DNA from: Thermotogota bacterium
GTDB taxonomy: Bacteria; Bipolaricaulota; Bipolaricaulia; UBA7950; UBA9294
Assembly: GCA_039679545.1 (NCBI GenBank)
Contig: JBDKUT010000008.1
Span: forward strand, 1-57,932
Direction of reading: 5' to 3'
DNA length: 57,932 nt
The notes beneath the pieces were generated by a model. That model worked only from the letters and a program-made list of their open reading frames with translations. It searched no databases and was not told the origin of the DNA. A program made the position numbers and the translations under genes. Positions 1-9,687 of this stretch are shown here, one piece after another (within the stretch, counting starts at the first letter, position 1; the number at the start of each line of letters is the position of its first letter).

Positions 1-202
1 CGAGGTGGTGCGGAACCTCATGGGCGTCACCAACCCGCAGAAGGCGGGCTCGGGAACGATCCGCGGGGACTTCGGCCTCAATCTGACGATGAACCTGGTC
101 CACGGGTCCGACTCGTTGGCCTCGGCGCAACGCGAGCTGGCCCTGTTCTTCGAGCCGGAAGAGCTCTACGGCTACAAGATGACGATGGGGGTCTGGACGT
201 AG
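1..202 (+). CDS. ndk: Nucleoside diphosphate kinase, C-terminal part (truncated by window edge)
   Basis: GTIRGDFG and NLVHGSDS catalytic His motif. Confidence 0.95.
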   Translation, partial: EVVRNLMGVTNPQKAGSGTIRGDFGLNLTMNLVHGSDSLASAQRELALFFEPEELYGYKMTMGVWT

Positions 203-283
203 ACCCCTCGGGCGACCCGCCCCGGGCGGCGGCGACCCGAAGCCAACATTCGTCGCAAACCCTGTGGTAGTACGGAGGTCGAG

Positions 284-2911
284 ATGGAACTGTCGAAACG
301 CTATCAGCCGGCAGACGTGGAAGCGAAGAACTATCGCTTCTGGGAGGAAGGAGACTACTTCCGAGCGTCGGTTGGCGTCGTTAGCAAGGTTCCCTTCTCG
401 ATCGTCATCCCGCCGCCGAACGTAACGGGCCGGCTCCACATGGGACACGCGCTGAACAACACGCTCCAGGACGTGGTGATTCGCTACCGAAGGATGCTCG
501 GAGACACAGCCTGCTGGTTCCCGGGCACGGACCACGCCGGGATCGCCACCCAGAACGTGGTCGAGAAGGCCCTCGCCAAAGAGGGAACGAGCCGGCACGA
601 ACTGGGCCGCGACGCGTTCGTAGCGCGCGTGTGGGATTGGAAGGCGAAATACGGCTCCGAGATCATCGACCAATTGAAGGCCCTCGGTTGCTCCTGCGAC
701 TGGTCGCGGCTGCGGTTCACCCTCGACGACGGGCTGTCGAAGGCCGTGCGCTACGTCTTCGTCCGGCTCTACGAGGACGGCCTCGTCTATCGCGGCGAGT
801 ACCTCGTGAACTGGTGCCCGCGGTGCCGGACCGCGCTCTCCGACCTGGAGGTGGACCACAAGGACGAGGACGGCGCCCTGTACTACGTCCGATACCCGCT
901 TGAGAAGGGCGGGCACCTGACGATTGCGACGACCCGGCCGGAGACGATGCTCGGGGACACGGCGGTCGCCGTGCATCCGCAGGACGAGCGGCACAAGGAC
1001 CTCATCGGCTCCTTCGCGATTCTCCCGATCCTTGGCCGTCGGCTTCCGATTGTTGGTTCCGAGTCGGTGGATCCCGAATTCGGGACCGGGACGCTCAAGG
1101 TAACGCCGGGCCACGACCCGGTGGACTTCGAGATCGGGAAGAAAGAGGGGCTCGAGTTCATCAACATCCTGAACGGGGACGGGACCCTCAACGCCGCGGC
1201 GGGTCCGTTCGAAGGGATGGGGCGCGACGAAGCGCGAAAGGCCGTCATCGAGCGACTCAAGGCCGAGGACGCGCTCGAGAAGATCGAGCCGTACCGCCAC
1301 GCCGTGGGGCACTGCGAGCGGTGCGACGCTCTCGTCGAGCCACTTCTCTCGACGCAGTGGTTTGTCCGAATGAAGCCTCTGGCGGAGAAGGCGATCGCCG
1401 CCGTGAAGGATGGGCGGATCCAGTTCGTCCCCGACCGCTGGACGAAGCTCTACTTTGACTGGCTCGAGAACATCCGCGACTGGTGCATCTCGCGGCAGCT
1501 CTGGTGGGGGCATCGAATTCCCGTCTGGTACGGGCCGGACGGGCGCGAGTTCGTGGCGGAGACGGAGGCCGAGGCGGCCGCACGGGCGAAGAAATACTAC
1601 GGGCGCTCGGTCGAGCTTCGCCAGGACGAGGACGTGCTCGACACGTGGTTCTCGTCGTGGCTGTGGCCGTTCTCCGTCATGGGATGGCCGGAGAAGACGG
1701 AGGATCTCGCGACGTTCTTCCCAACGTCGTTTCTGCTCACCGGGTTCGACATCCTCTTCTTCTGGGTGTCGCGCATGGTTATGGCGTCGCTCTACTTCAT
1801 GGACGACGTCCCGTTCCGCACGGTGTACATCACGCCCCTGATCGTCGACGACAAGGGGCAGAAGATGTCGAAGTCGAAGGGGAACAGCGTCGACCCGATC
1901 GACTTGATCGGCGAGTACGGCGCCGACGCCCTGCGGCTCGCCATGGCGCGGACGACGGGCAAGGGGCGGACCGTCCGAATGCCGTGGGGCGACCTCACCG
2001 AGGGCCGCAACTTCCTGAACAAGATCTGGAATATGGCCCGCTTCGTCCTGATGAACCTCGGGGACGAGCGCCCGAAGCTTCCGAAACGGCTCCGCGAGGC
2101 CGAGGACCGCTACATCCTGTCGCGCCTGTCGGCGACCGTCGCCGTCGCGCGAGCGCACCTCGAGGCCTACAGCTTCCACCTCGCGGTCGAAGAGATCTAC
2201 GACTTCGTGTGGCACGACTTCTGCGACTGGTACCTTGAGATCGTCAAGGTGCGCCTCGCGAGTTCTCCGGACGACGGGGTGAAAGGAGTTCTCTACCACT
2301 CACTCTGTGAGATCGTGAAGCTCCTGCACCCGTTCGTCCCGTTCGTGACGGAAGAGATCTGGCAGGCCCTCGGCGAGAAGCCGGCCTCCGTGTCCATCGC
2401 GGCGTTCCCGGAGGCCGGAGACCGAGACGACGAGGCCGAGGCGCTGATGCGGGCGTTCCAGGAGATCGTCGTGGGTGTTCGCTCGATTCGCTCGGAGCTG
2501 GACGTTCCGGCGTCCGCCAAACTGACCGCTCTGGTGAAGACGAAGGACAAGGGCTTGCGGAAGCTCCTGGAGGAGAAGGAGGCCGCGCTCGCGGTGCTCT
2601 CGGGAGCGTCGTCGTGGACGGTGGCGGCGGAAGTGACTCCGCCCGGTGGGTCGGCGCGCCAGGTGCTTGCGAGCGCTGAGCTGTTCGTTCCGCTCGCCGA
2701 GTGGATCGACATCGACGCCGAGAGGACGAGGCTTCGCGCCGACCTTGTAGCGGCTGAGTCCGACCTGGCCAAGGTGGAGGCAACGCTCGCGAACGAGAGG
2801 TTCCTCGCCCGGGCTCCGGAGGACGTTGTCGAGAAGGAACGCGCGAAGCAGGCCGAGTTCAGCCACAAGCGGGACCGACTTCAGGCGAATCTGCGTTCGC
2901 TCGGAGGCTAA
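284..2911 (+). CDS. valS: Valine--tRNA ligase
   Basis: PPPNVTGRLHMGH, WCISRQLWWGH, KMSKS, C-terminal coiled coil; 875 aa. Confidence 0.98.
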   Translation: MELSKRYQPADVEAKNYRFWEEGDYFRASVGVVSKVPFSIVIPPPNVTGRLHMGHALNNTLQDVVIRYRRMLGDTACWFPGTDHAGIATQNVVEKALAKEGTSRHELGRDAFVARVWDWKAKYGSEIIDQLKALGCSCDWSRLRFTLDDGLSKAVRYVFVRLYEDGLVYRGEYLVNWCPRCRTALSDLEVDHKDEDGALYYVRYPLEKGGHLTIATTRPETMLGDTAVAVHPQDERHKDLIGSFAILPILGRRLPIVGSESVDPEFGTGTLKVTPGHDPVDFEIGKKEGLEFINILNGDGTLNAAAGPFEGMGRDEARKAVIERLKAEDALEKIEPYRHAVGHCERCDALVEPLLSTQWFVRMKPLAEKAIAAVKDGRIQFVPDRWTKLYFDWLENIRDWCISRQLWWGHRIPVWYGPDGREFVAETEAEAAARAKKYYGRSVELRQDEDVLDTWFSSWLWPFSVMGWPEKTEDLATFFPTSFLLTGFDILFFWVSRMVMASLYFMDDVPFRTVYITPLIVDDKGQKMSKSKGNSVDPIDLIGEYGADALRLAMARTTGKGRTVRMPWGDLTEGRNFLNKIWNMARFVLMNLGDERPKLPKRLREAEDRYILSRLSATVAVARAHLEAYSFHLAVEEIYDFVWHDFCDWYLEIVKVRLASSPDDGVKGVLYHSLCEIVKLLHPFVPFVTEEIWQALGEKPASVSIAAFPEAGDRDDEAEALMRAFQEIVVGVRSIRSELDVPASAKLTALVKTKDKGLRKLLEEKEAALAVLSGASSWTVAAEVTPPGGSARQVLASAELFVPLAEWIDIDAERTRLRADLVAAESDLAKVEATLANERFLARAPEDVVEKERAKQAEFSHKRDRLQANLRSLGG

Positions 2912-4189
2912 GTGGACTACGCCGAGGCTCGGGCGCTCCTCGATCGCCTGCCTCGCCTTCTCGTGAAGCCGGGGCTCGCGCGCGTGCAGCGCCTGCTCGG
3001 GGTTCTCGGGAATCCCGAACGAGCGTTCCCGTCCGTCCACGTCGCCGGGACGAACGGCAAGGGATCGGTCGTGGCGATGCTCGACGGCATCCTGCGTACG
3101 GCCGGGTACCGCGTAGGGAGGTACACGTCTCCCGAGGTCGAGGACTTCCGCGATCGGATTTGTGTCGACGGGGCCTGGATCTCTGAAGCTGACCTTGCCT
3201 CGGGAGCCGCCCGACTCGCGGAGGCCCTGTTCGCCGACCCCGACGTTCCGAGCCAGTTCGAGGCAATCACGGCGATTGCCTTCGACCACTTCCGGGACGC
3301 CCATGTTGATGTCGCCGTCGTCGAGGTAGGCCTCGGGGGCCGGTTCGACGCGACGAACGTGGTCTCTCCGGCGCTCTCGATCCTGACGAACGTGACCCTC
3401 GATCACACGGCGATCCTGGGCGGCACTGTGGAGAAGATCGCATGGGAGAAGGCGGGGATCGCGAAGCAGGGCGTCCCGTTCCTCGTCGGTCCGCTTCCGG
3501 AGGGCGTCGCGGCGGTGGTTCGAGCTGAGTGCGCCGCCGTCAGGGCGCCGCTCCTTTCGGCCGACGGCGTCTCCGTGACGCGAGGTCCTTCCGACCTCGA
3601 TCGCGCGGAGTACGCGGTGGAGGGCGACGGCCTGCCGACGCGGATCGAGCTGGGTCTGGTTGGGGGGTATCAGCTCGAGAACGTGCGGCTTGTCTTGAGA
3701 GCCGTGCAGCTTCTCCGCGCGTCCGGGATCGCAATCCCGTCCGATGCAGTTCGGCAGGGGTTGGCCGCCGCGCGGTGGCCGGGGCGAGCGGAGGTCGTGC
3801 GGCGGCGGCCGGCGGTCGTGCTCGAAGGAGCCCATAACCCCGCAGGCGCGGAGGAGTTGGCGCGCGACATCGTTCGCTGGGCTCCGAACCGGAGCCAGCG
3901 CCGACTCGTCCTCGGAATCCTCGCCGACAAGGATGTCGACGCGATTGTTCGGACCCTCGTTCCGCTGTTCGGACACGTCGCCGTGTGTCGTTCCGAGAGC
4001 CCACGGGCGCTTGGCGTCGACGATCTTGCAGCGCGCGTCCGAAAGCACGCGACGGAGCCGTCGTGCTATGATTCGGTCGCACGGGCGGTTCGGGACGTGG
4101 TGGCCTGTGCGGGGGCGGAGGACGTGGTGGTGGTGACGGGATCTCTCACAGTTGTCGCAGAGGCGCGGCGGGAGCTCTGCGGCAGATGA
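2912..4189 (+). CDS. folC: Folylpolyglutamate synthase/dihydrofolate synthase
   Basis: HVAGTNGKGS, EVGLGGRFDATN, WPGR, GAHN motifs; follows valS. Confidence 0.95.
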   Translation: MDYAEARALLDRLPRLLVKPGLARVQRLLGVLGNPERAFPSVHVAGTNGKGSVVAMLDGILRTAGYRVGRYTSPEVEDFRDRICVDGAWISEADLASGAARLAEALFADPDVPSQFEAITAIAFDHFRDAHVDVAVVEVGLGGRFDATNVVSPALSILTNVTLDHTAILGGTVEKIAWEKAGIAKQGVPFLVGPLPEGVAAVVRAECAAVRAPLLSADGVSVTRGPSDLDRAEYAVEGDGLPTRIELGLVGGYQLENVRLVLRAVQLLRASGIAIPSDAVRQGLAAARWPGRAEVVRRRPAVVLEGAHNPAGAEELARDIVRWAPNRSQRRLVLGILADKDVDAIVRTLVPLFGHVAVCRSESPRALGVDDLAARVRKHATEPSCYDSVARAVRDVVACAGAEDVVVVTGSLTVVAEARRELCGR

Positions 4190-4932
4190 CCACACTGCTC
4201 GAACGAGTGAAGGCGGTCGGCGTGCCCCGGCACGTTGCCCTGATTATGGACGGCAACGGCCGGTGGGCCCGGGCGCGGGGCTTGCCTCGAACGGCGGGAC
4301 ACGAGGCGGGGGCACGCGCCGCAGAGAGACTGATTCGCTTCATTGGCGAGAGAGTTGGAGTTTCCTACGTGACTCTCTTTGCCTTCTCCGCAGAGAACTG
4401 GGGACGTCCGGAGGCCGAAGTGAACTTCCTCCTGGCTCTCCTCGATCGGTTTATCGCCGAGCACCTCAGGGAGTTCGTGGATTCTGGAATCCGACTTCGC
4501 GTGGTCGGCGACCTCGCGACGTTGCCGGTCGCGATGCAAAGGACGGTGGCGAACGCCATCGAGACCACGCGGAGCGGGACGAACCTCAACCTCACGATTG
4601 CCCTCTCCTACGGCGGAAGGCAGGACATCACGCGCGCCTGCCGACGGATCCTGGCCGACGTCGCGGAGGGGCGGATCGCGGCGAGGGACGTGAGCGAGGA
4701 GGTGATCGCCGAGCGGTTGGACACAGCGGAGACTCCGGATCCGGACCTCGTCATCCGCACGAGCGGGGAACGGCGGTTCTCGAACTTCCTTCTTTGGCAG
4801 GCCGCCTACGCGGAGCTCTATTTCACCGACGTCTTGTGGCCGGACTTCTCCCCCGCCGATCTGATCATAGCGATCAACGACTTCCAGAAGCGCGAGCGGC
4901 GGTTCGGAGCCGTGGCGGAGGTGGCTGGATGA
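4186..4932 (+). CDS. uppS: Undecaprenyl/polyprenyl diphosphate synthase
   Basis: HVALIMDGNGRWA, FSAENWGRP, IRTSGERRFSNFLLWQ. Confidence 0.97.
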   Translation: MTTLLERVKAVGVPRHVALIMDGNGRWARARGLPRTAGHEAGARAAERLIRFIGERVGVSYVTLFAFSAENWGRPEAEVNFLLALLDRFIAEHLREFVDSGIRLRVVGDLATLPVAMQRTVANAIETTRSGTNLNLTIALSYGGRQDITRACRRILADVAEGRIAARDVSEEVIAERLDTAETPDPDLVIRTSGERRFSNFLLWQAAYAELYFTDVLWPDFSPADLIIAINDFQKRERRFGAVAEVAG

Positions 4933-5783
4933 ACGTGCTGAAGCGCCTGGCGAGCGGGGTCATCGCGGGCGGTGTCATCTTCGGCGTGCTCTACGTGGGG
5001 GCCCGGTTTGACATCCGCTGGATCTCGGCGTTCGTCATCCTGGCCATCGCGTACCTCGGAGCGATCGAGTACCTGCAACTCATGCGGAAGCTCGACATTC
5101 CGCTGGCGGTGCCGGAGTTCTTGATCTGGATTCCTCTTCTTGTCGCGAGCTACGTCGCGTTCGGCGGCCGGTACGCCGAGCTGGTCCTTCTCTTCGCCAT
5201 TGCGTACCAGGTCCTGCGGTACCTGAGTGTGCTCCCGCACCGAACCGGGTTCCTGCAGGCGGTGGCCGGGGTGTTCGGCCTTCTCTACATCCCTTGGCTC
5301 CTGCACTACTTCTACCTGATCTATATGGGAGCCGCGGGGTATCCGCCGCACGTGGGGGGCGTGAACGCCGTCATCGTCCTTCTTATGGTGTGGGGGTACG
5401 ACGCGGGTGCCTATTTCATCGGAACCGCCTTCGGAAGGCACAAGGCGTTTCCGAACGTCAGTCCGAAGAAGACGTGGGAGGGAGTCGCTGGAGGTGTTGC
5501 GATGGCGATCGCGGGAGGCATCGTCGGAGCGACGTTCTCCCCCGTCTGGAGGGAACTCGTCTTCTGGGGCGGGTTCCATCACATCCTGATCTCGGGGTTC
5601 CTCGTGAGCTGCGCGACGCAGTTGGGCGACGTGTTCGCGTCGAAGCTGAAGCGCGCCGCGGATGTGAAGGATTCGGGCGTCTTCCTCCCCGGGCACGGCG
5701 GAGCCCTTGATCGCATTGACGGCCTCTTGTTCGCCTTGCCCGTCTTCTACTTCTACTTCCACTACATCCTGCGGTTCCTGTGA
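4929..5783 (+). CDS. cdsA: Phosphatidate cytidylyltransferase
   Basis: Multi-TM; SPKKTWEG and KDSG..LPGHGGALDRIDG; ATG at 4929 overlaps the uppS stop. Confidence 0.93.
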   Translation: MNVLKRLASGVIAGGVIFGVLYVGARFDIRWISAFVILAIAYLGAIEYLQLMRKLDIPLAVPEFLIWIPLLVASYVAFGGRYAELVLLFAIAYQVLRYLSVLPHRTGFLQAVAGVFGLLYIPWLLHYFYLIYMGAAGYPPHVGGVNAVIVLLMVWGYDAGAYFIGTAFGRHKAFPNVSPKKTWEGVAGGVAMAIAGGIVGATFSPVWRELVFWGGFHHILISGFLVSCATQLGDVFASKLKRAADVKDSGVFLPGHGGALDRIDGLLFALPVFYFYFHYILRFL

Positions 5784-5833
5784 GCTTCAGCCGTGGTGGG
5801 AGAGAGGGAACTTCGAAGCGTAGGGTAAAGTGT

Positions 5834-5866
5834 AGGGCGGCCGCGCTAGGTTCGCTCGGCCGCCCT
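5834..5866. terminator. GC-rich hairpin between convergent cdsA and Rrf2 genes (probable terminator)
   Basis: agggcggccg ... cggccgccct inverted repeat. Confidence 0.6.
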
Positions 5867-5912
5867 CTCCGGGTGGTGAAAAAGATGAGGGGGTTCTTTT
5901 TCGCTCCGGGTG

Positions 5913-5954
5913 ACTATACCACATGCGGCGGGGAGCGTCAGTAATGCGCATTAC
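5913..5954 (-). promoter_or_regulatory. Candidate sigma70 promoter (CTGACG-17-TATAGT, extended TG) with an adjacent perfect palindrome
   Basis: Minus strand ctgacg N17 tatagt; gtaatgcgcattac palindrome at 5941-5954. Confidence 0.5.
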
Positions 5955-6009
5955 GAACGATCTGTAATGCAGAAAACAAGCATCGTTTACCTAACCGCAC
6001 CGGCATGGA

Positions 6010-6411
6010 TCAATCCCGGAGGAGGTCGCCCACGGAGAGGGATTCAAGGAGGTCCGAGACCCTCGCGTTGATCCGTGCCCACGCTTTCTTCGTCGGGCAG
6101 ATCAAAACGAGATCGCACCGGGGCTCTTCTCCCAGGCAAGGAACGAGGTCGATCGGCTCATCGAGCGCCCCGAGGATGCGACGAACGGACAGCTCCTCCG
6201 GCGGCACGGAGAGGCGGTAGCCGCCAGCTCGGCCCTGGCGAGACTCAACAAGCCCGGCGGTTCGCAGGTGGTGGAGGATCTTCTCCACGAACGGCGACGG
6301 AAGAGAGCATCGCTCGGCGACGGCAGCCGCAGACAGTGACTCGTCGGCCGGCAGGCGTGCGAGCTCGAGCATGAGGATCAGGCCGTAGCTCGCCTTCTTG
6401 GTCAGCTGCAT
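6010..6411 (-). CDS. Rrf2-family transcriptional regulator (IscR/CymR-like, three Cys)
   Basis: MQLTKKASYGL, GLVESRQGRAGGYRL, C-x6-C-x5-C; start reassigned to ATG at 6411. Confidence 0.92.
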   Translation of the reverse strand: MQLTKKASYGLILMLELARLPADESLSAAAVAERCSLPSPFVEKILHHLRTAGLVESRQGRAGGYRLSVPPEELSVRRILGALDEPIDLVPCLGEEPRCDLVLICPTKKAWARINARVSDLLESLSVGDLLRD

Positions 6412-6938
6412 GACGCCGAGTCTTCGACCGCAGCGGCGTTCCCTTTCGCCTGCTCGCGGTCGAGGAAGGCCTTGTAGCGCTTGTCGAGCGCGGCAACGTC
6501 TTTCTCGATCTTCTCGTGACGGCGCCGCAGGGCGTCGGGAATCGGCATCTTGCGCTCGGCCAGGTAGTTGTGGATCGCCTCGTTCAGCGCGTCGGCGGCG
6601 AGCGCCGAGCAATGCATCTTCACTGGGGGAAGGCCGCCGAGCTCCTGGGCCACGTCCTGGTTGGTGATGGCGATGGCTTCCTCGAGCGTCTTGCCCTTGG
6701 CGAGGTCGGACACCATCGAGGAGGTGGCGATGGCCGCCGTGCATCCGAACGTCTCCCACGACACGTCGGCGATGACGTCCCGCCCTTGGCTGTCCTTTTC
6801 CACTCGGATGTAGAGCCACATGACGTCACCGCAGACGATGTTGCCGACCTTGCCGATCGCCGATGGATTGGCCAGCTTTCCCATGTTGTGAGGATGGCGG
6901 AAGTGCTCGATGACTCTCTCGGTGTACACGTCATTCAC
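6402..6938 (-). CDS. iscU: Fe-S cluster scaffold IscU/NifU-N
   Basis: GNIVCGDVM, FGCTAAIA, LPPVKMHCS. Confidence 0.95.
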   Translation of the reverse strand: MNDVYTERVIEHFRHPHNMGKLANPSAIGKVGNIVCGDVMWLYIRVEKDSQGRDVIADVSWETFGCTAAIATSSMVSDLAKGKTLEEAIAITNQDVAQELGGLPPVKMHCSALAADALNEAIHNYLAERKMPIPDALRRRHEKIEKDVAALDKRYKAFLDREQAKGNAAAVEDSASCS

Positions 6939-8088
6939 CTACCTTGAACGGAGACAGGTCACGCAGGTCCTTGACGACGCGGGGGAGGACGTCGAGGAGC
7001 CGATCGATGTCGCCGTCCGTCGTCTGGCGCCCGGTGCTGATGCGCAGGCTGCCGTGCGCCATTGACAACGGCACGCCGATCGCCACGAGGACGTGGCTCG
7101 GCTCAAGGTCGGGCGACGAACAGGCAGAGCCGGTCGACGCGGCGATCCCCTGCTCGTCGAGACGCATGACGAGGCTCTCGCCCTCGATCCCCTGGAAGCT
7201 GAAGTTGACGACGTGGGGGAGGCTGTCCGTCGGGTGACCGTTCAGGCGAGTTCCCGGGATCGATGCGACCCCCTCGATCAGGCGGGTGCGGAACCGCCGC
7301 ATGCGGGCGACAACCTCGTCACGCTCCTGCGCGGCGAGGCGGGTGGCGGCGGCGAACCCGACGATCCCGGGCACGTTTTCCGTACCGCTGCGTCGCCCTC
7401 GCTCGTGGCCCCCGCCGTGCATCGTTGGGGAGATGCGCGTTTTCCTGCGTACGACGAGGAGGCCTACGCCCTTCGGTCCGTGCAGTTTGTGGGCCGACGC
7501 CGACAGAAGGTCGACAGACTCCGTCGGCAGATCAATCTTCCCGAACGCTTGGACGGCGTCGGTGTGGAAGGCGATTCTCCGCTCGCGGCAGAGGGCGCCG
7601 ATCTCGGCAATCGGTTCGAGCGTTCCGATCTCGTTGCTCCCCGCGATGACGGACACGAGAAAGGTGTCCTTGCGGAGCGCGGCCCGGACCTGCTCGGGGT
7701 CGACGCGGCCCAAGTCGTCGACGTCGAGGAGCGTCGTTTCGAAGCCATGAGACGTGAGCCAGTCGACGGAGTGGAGCACGGCGTGGTGCTCGATCTTCGT
7801 CGACACCACGTGGCCGCCGTTCCGGCCCGGGGCGTAGGCGGATCCGAGGATCGCGAGGTTGTCGGCCTCCGTGGCTCCGGACGTAAACACGATCTCCTCG
7901 GGGAGGACGTGGAGGAACTCTGCGATTATGGCACGGCTCTCGTCCACAGCGTGATGGGCCTCACGCCCGAACGCGTGCAGGCTCGACGCGTTGCCGTAGA
8001 CGGAGTCAAAGTACGGCCGCATGGCGTCGACGACCTCAGGGGCGGCGGGCGTCGTTGCACTGTTGTCCAGGTAGACTCGGTCGAGCAT
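6931..8088 (-). CDS. iscS: Cysteine desulfurase (IscS/NifS)
   Basis: YLDNSATT, HTDAVQ, SAHKLHGPKG, STGSACSS. Confidence 0.96.
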   Translation of the reverse strand: MLDRVYLDNSATTPAAPEVVDAMRPYFDSVYGNASSLHAFGREAHHAVDESRAIIAEFLHVLPEEIVFTSGATEADNLAILGSAYAPGRNGGHVVSTKIEHHAVLHSVDWLTSHGFETTLLDVDDLGRVDPEQVRAALRKDTFLVSVIAGSNEIGTLEPIAEIGALCRERRIAFHTDAVQAFGKIDLPTESVDLLSASAHKLHGPKGVGLLVVRRKTRISPTMHGGGHERGRRSGTENVPGIVGFAAATRLAAQERDEVVARMRRFRTRLIEGVASIPGTRLNGHPTDSLPHVVNFSFQGIEGESLVMRLDEQGIAASTGSACSSPDLEPSHVLVAIGVPLSMAHGSLRISTGRQTTDGDIDRLLDVLPRVVKDLRDLSPFKVGE

Positions 8089-8103
8089 GGTCGATCACCG
8101 GCA

Positions 8104-8134
8104 AAATCCTACCAAAAGAGTCCGACTTACGCAA
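8104..8134 (-). promoter_or_regulatory. iscS promoter (TTGCGT-17-TAGGAT) overlapped by an IscR-like operator
   Basis: aaatcctaccaaaagagtccgactt partially matches the IscR type-1 box and fills the promoter spacer. Confidence 0.55.
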
Positions 8135-8181
8135 GAAGAAACCGCCCGCGGTAGCGCGGGCGGAGGCAAGGAAGCCTGGTC

Positions 8182-8349
8182 TCAGATCTGCTCGAACAAC
8201 TCTGCCCCAGCTCCGCAGTCGGGGCACGTCCATCCGTCGGGTAGCTTCTCGAACGGCGTGCCGGGCTTGACTCCGGTGGTCGGATCGCCGACCGCAGGGT
8301 CGTAGATGTACCCGCAGACCGTGCACTCCCACTTAGCTGTCTTGTCCAT
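8182..8349 (-). CDS. Rubredoxin (55 aa, below ORF-track cutoff)
   Basis: [18 protein letters not shown]...[13 protein letters not shown]; two CxxCG knuckles; GGAGG RBS. Confidence 0.96.
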   Translation of the reverse strand: MDKTAKWECTVCGYIYDPAVGDPTTGVKPGTPFEKLPDGWTCPDCGAGAELFEQI

Positions 8350-8920
8350 CTCTTACCTCCTGGTCTAGAGGACCGGACGCTTCCGCTTCCGGGCTCCCCG
8401 CCTCCTGGACGGTCGGTGCGCCGGCTGCGTGGAACCGAAACTCGTCGATTGTACTCAGCCCGAAATGGCGGAGGAAGTCCTCCGTGACGGTGAGGAGGAC
8501 GGTCCGCCCTTGCTCCTCGCCGCGAATGAGCTCGCGCTCCTCAAGTTCCTTGATGTGCTCGTAGGCCTTGTTCCCTCGCACACGGACGACGTCGGCCTGG
8601 GTAATCGGCTGGTTGTAGGCAATGACGGCGAGGGTGCGCAGAATGGGTTGCGGAATGTCCTGCTGAGGTGCGAGGTGCGCGACGCGTTCGACGTACGCCG
8701 ACTTGACGCGGAGGAGGGCTCGGCCCTCCTCGACGTGGAGTTCGATCCCCCTGGCCGGGTCGGCGTAAACGCCTTGCAGGTCCTCAAGGAGACGGTCGAC
8801 ATAGGCGAGTGGGACATCTCCGAGGATCTTGGCCAGGGCGCGCCGTGTGAGGGGATGCGTGGCGAGGAATAGAGCCGCCTCCACGACGGCGAGGTCGTTT
8901 CCGCGGTGTGCGTCATCCAT
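8333..8920 (-). CDS. scpB: Segregation and condensation protein B
   Basis: [35 protein letters not shown]. Confidence 0.93.
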   Translation of the reverse strand: MDDAHRGNDLAVVEAALFLATHPLTRRALAKILGDVPLAYVDRLLEDLQGVYADPARGIELHVEEGRALLRVKSAYVERVAHLAPQQDIPQPILRTLAVIAYNQPITQADVVRVRGNKAYEHIKELEERELIRGEEQGRTVLLTVTEDFLRHFGLSTIDEFRFHAAGAPTVQEAGSPEAEASGPLDQEVRDGQDS

Positions 8921-8947
8921 GTCCGTCTCCTTCGGGCCGCGCGAGAG

Positions 8948-9673
8948 CTAGGCTTCCGCTTCGAGTCGGATCGAGATGTCGCCGAGGAATTCCTTCTGCG
9001 AGCAGGAGATCTGGCCTTCCGCGGCGAGGTGCAGGACTTCGAAGAACCGGTGAACGCGCTCTTCTTTGTCGCCCTTGTCGAGCAGCTTGAAGAAACTGAG
9101 GACGCGTCGGCCGGAGAGGAGGCTCTTGATCCTCTCGAGCAGGGCGTGCAGGCGCTCCGAGAAGTCGGCGCCGCCGAGCTCGAAGGCCTGGAAAGGATCG
9201 TATTCGTCCTCGATGTCCACGTGGTCGATGAGCCGTTCGGCTCGCCGCCGGCTGACCTTCATGGCTCCCTGGAGCGCGGTACGGAGGTCGAGGAGCGTGA
9301 CCTGGCGTCGCGGCGCGCGAAGGATGGGGAGGCGGAAGCTGCCCGGATCGACCGGATCGCTGCCGGCCTCGAGGGCTTCATCCACCGCCTCGTCGAGCTC
9401 GGCGACCAGTCCGTCACGATCCGTCGCCCGCTCCTGCGCGAGGAGGAGGTCCGACTTCATGCGGAGGAGAATCGAGCAGGTGAGGACCATGCGGCCGGGG
9501 ATCTCGAACTCCAACTCTCGCAGCGCCTGCAGGTAGTCCCGATAGCGCCGGGCGAGCTCGGAGACGTCAATGTCCCATGGGTCCATGTCGGCGGTCAGGC
9601 GGTGAAGCACACCTTCCCAACTCTGCCCGACGAGTTCCTCGACGGGGATTGCGGCAATCCGCAGTCCTTCCAC
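8948..9673 (-). CDS. scpA: Segregation and condensation protein A (kleisin)
   Basis: MDPWDIDVSEL, LLRMKSDLL, C-terminal FFEVLHLA..Q.E.LGDI; lies between smc and scpB. Confidence 0.9.
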   Translation of the reverse strand: MEGLRIAAIPVEELVGQSWEGVLHRLTADMDPWDIDVSELARRYRDYLQALRELEFEIPGRMVLTCSILLRMKSDLLLAQERATDRDGLVAELDEAVDEALEAGSDPVDPGSFRLPILRAPRRQVTLLDLRTALQGAMKVSRRRAERLIDHVDIEDEYDPFQAFELGGADFSERLHALLERIKSLLSGRRVLSFFKLLDKGDKEERVHRFFEVLHLAAEGQISCSQKEFLGDISIRLEAEA

Positions 9674-9687
9674 GGCAGCGTTCTCCT

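Noticed and set aside
4152-4928. Long N-terminal extensions of cdsA, the Rrf2 regulator, the transketolase-like gene and the lipid kinase in the ORF track
   Set aside because: They overlap genuine neighbouring genes; internal starts fit the known families
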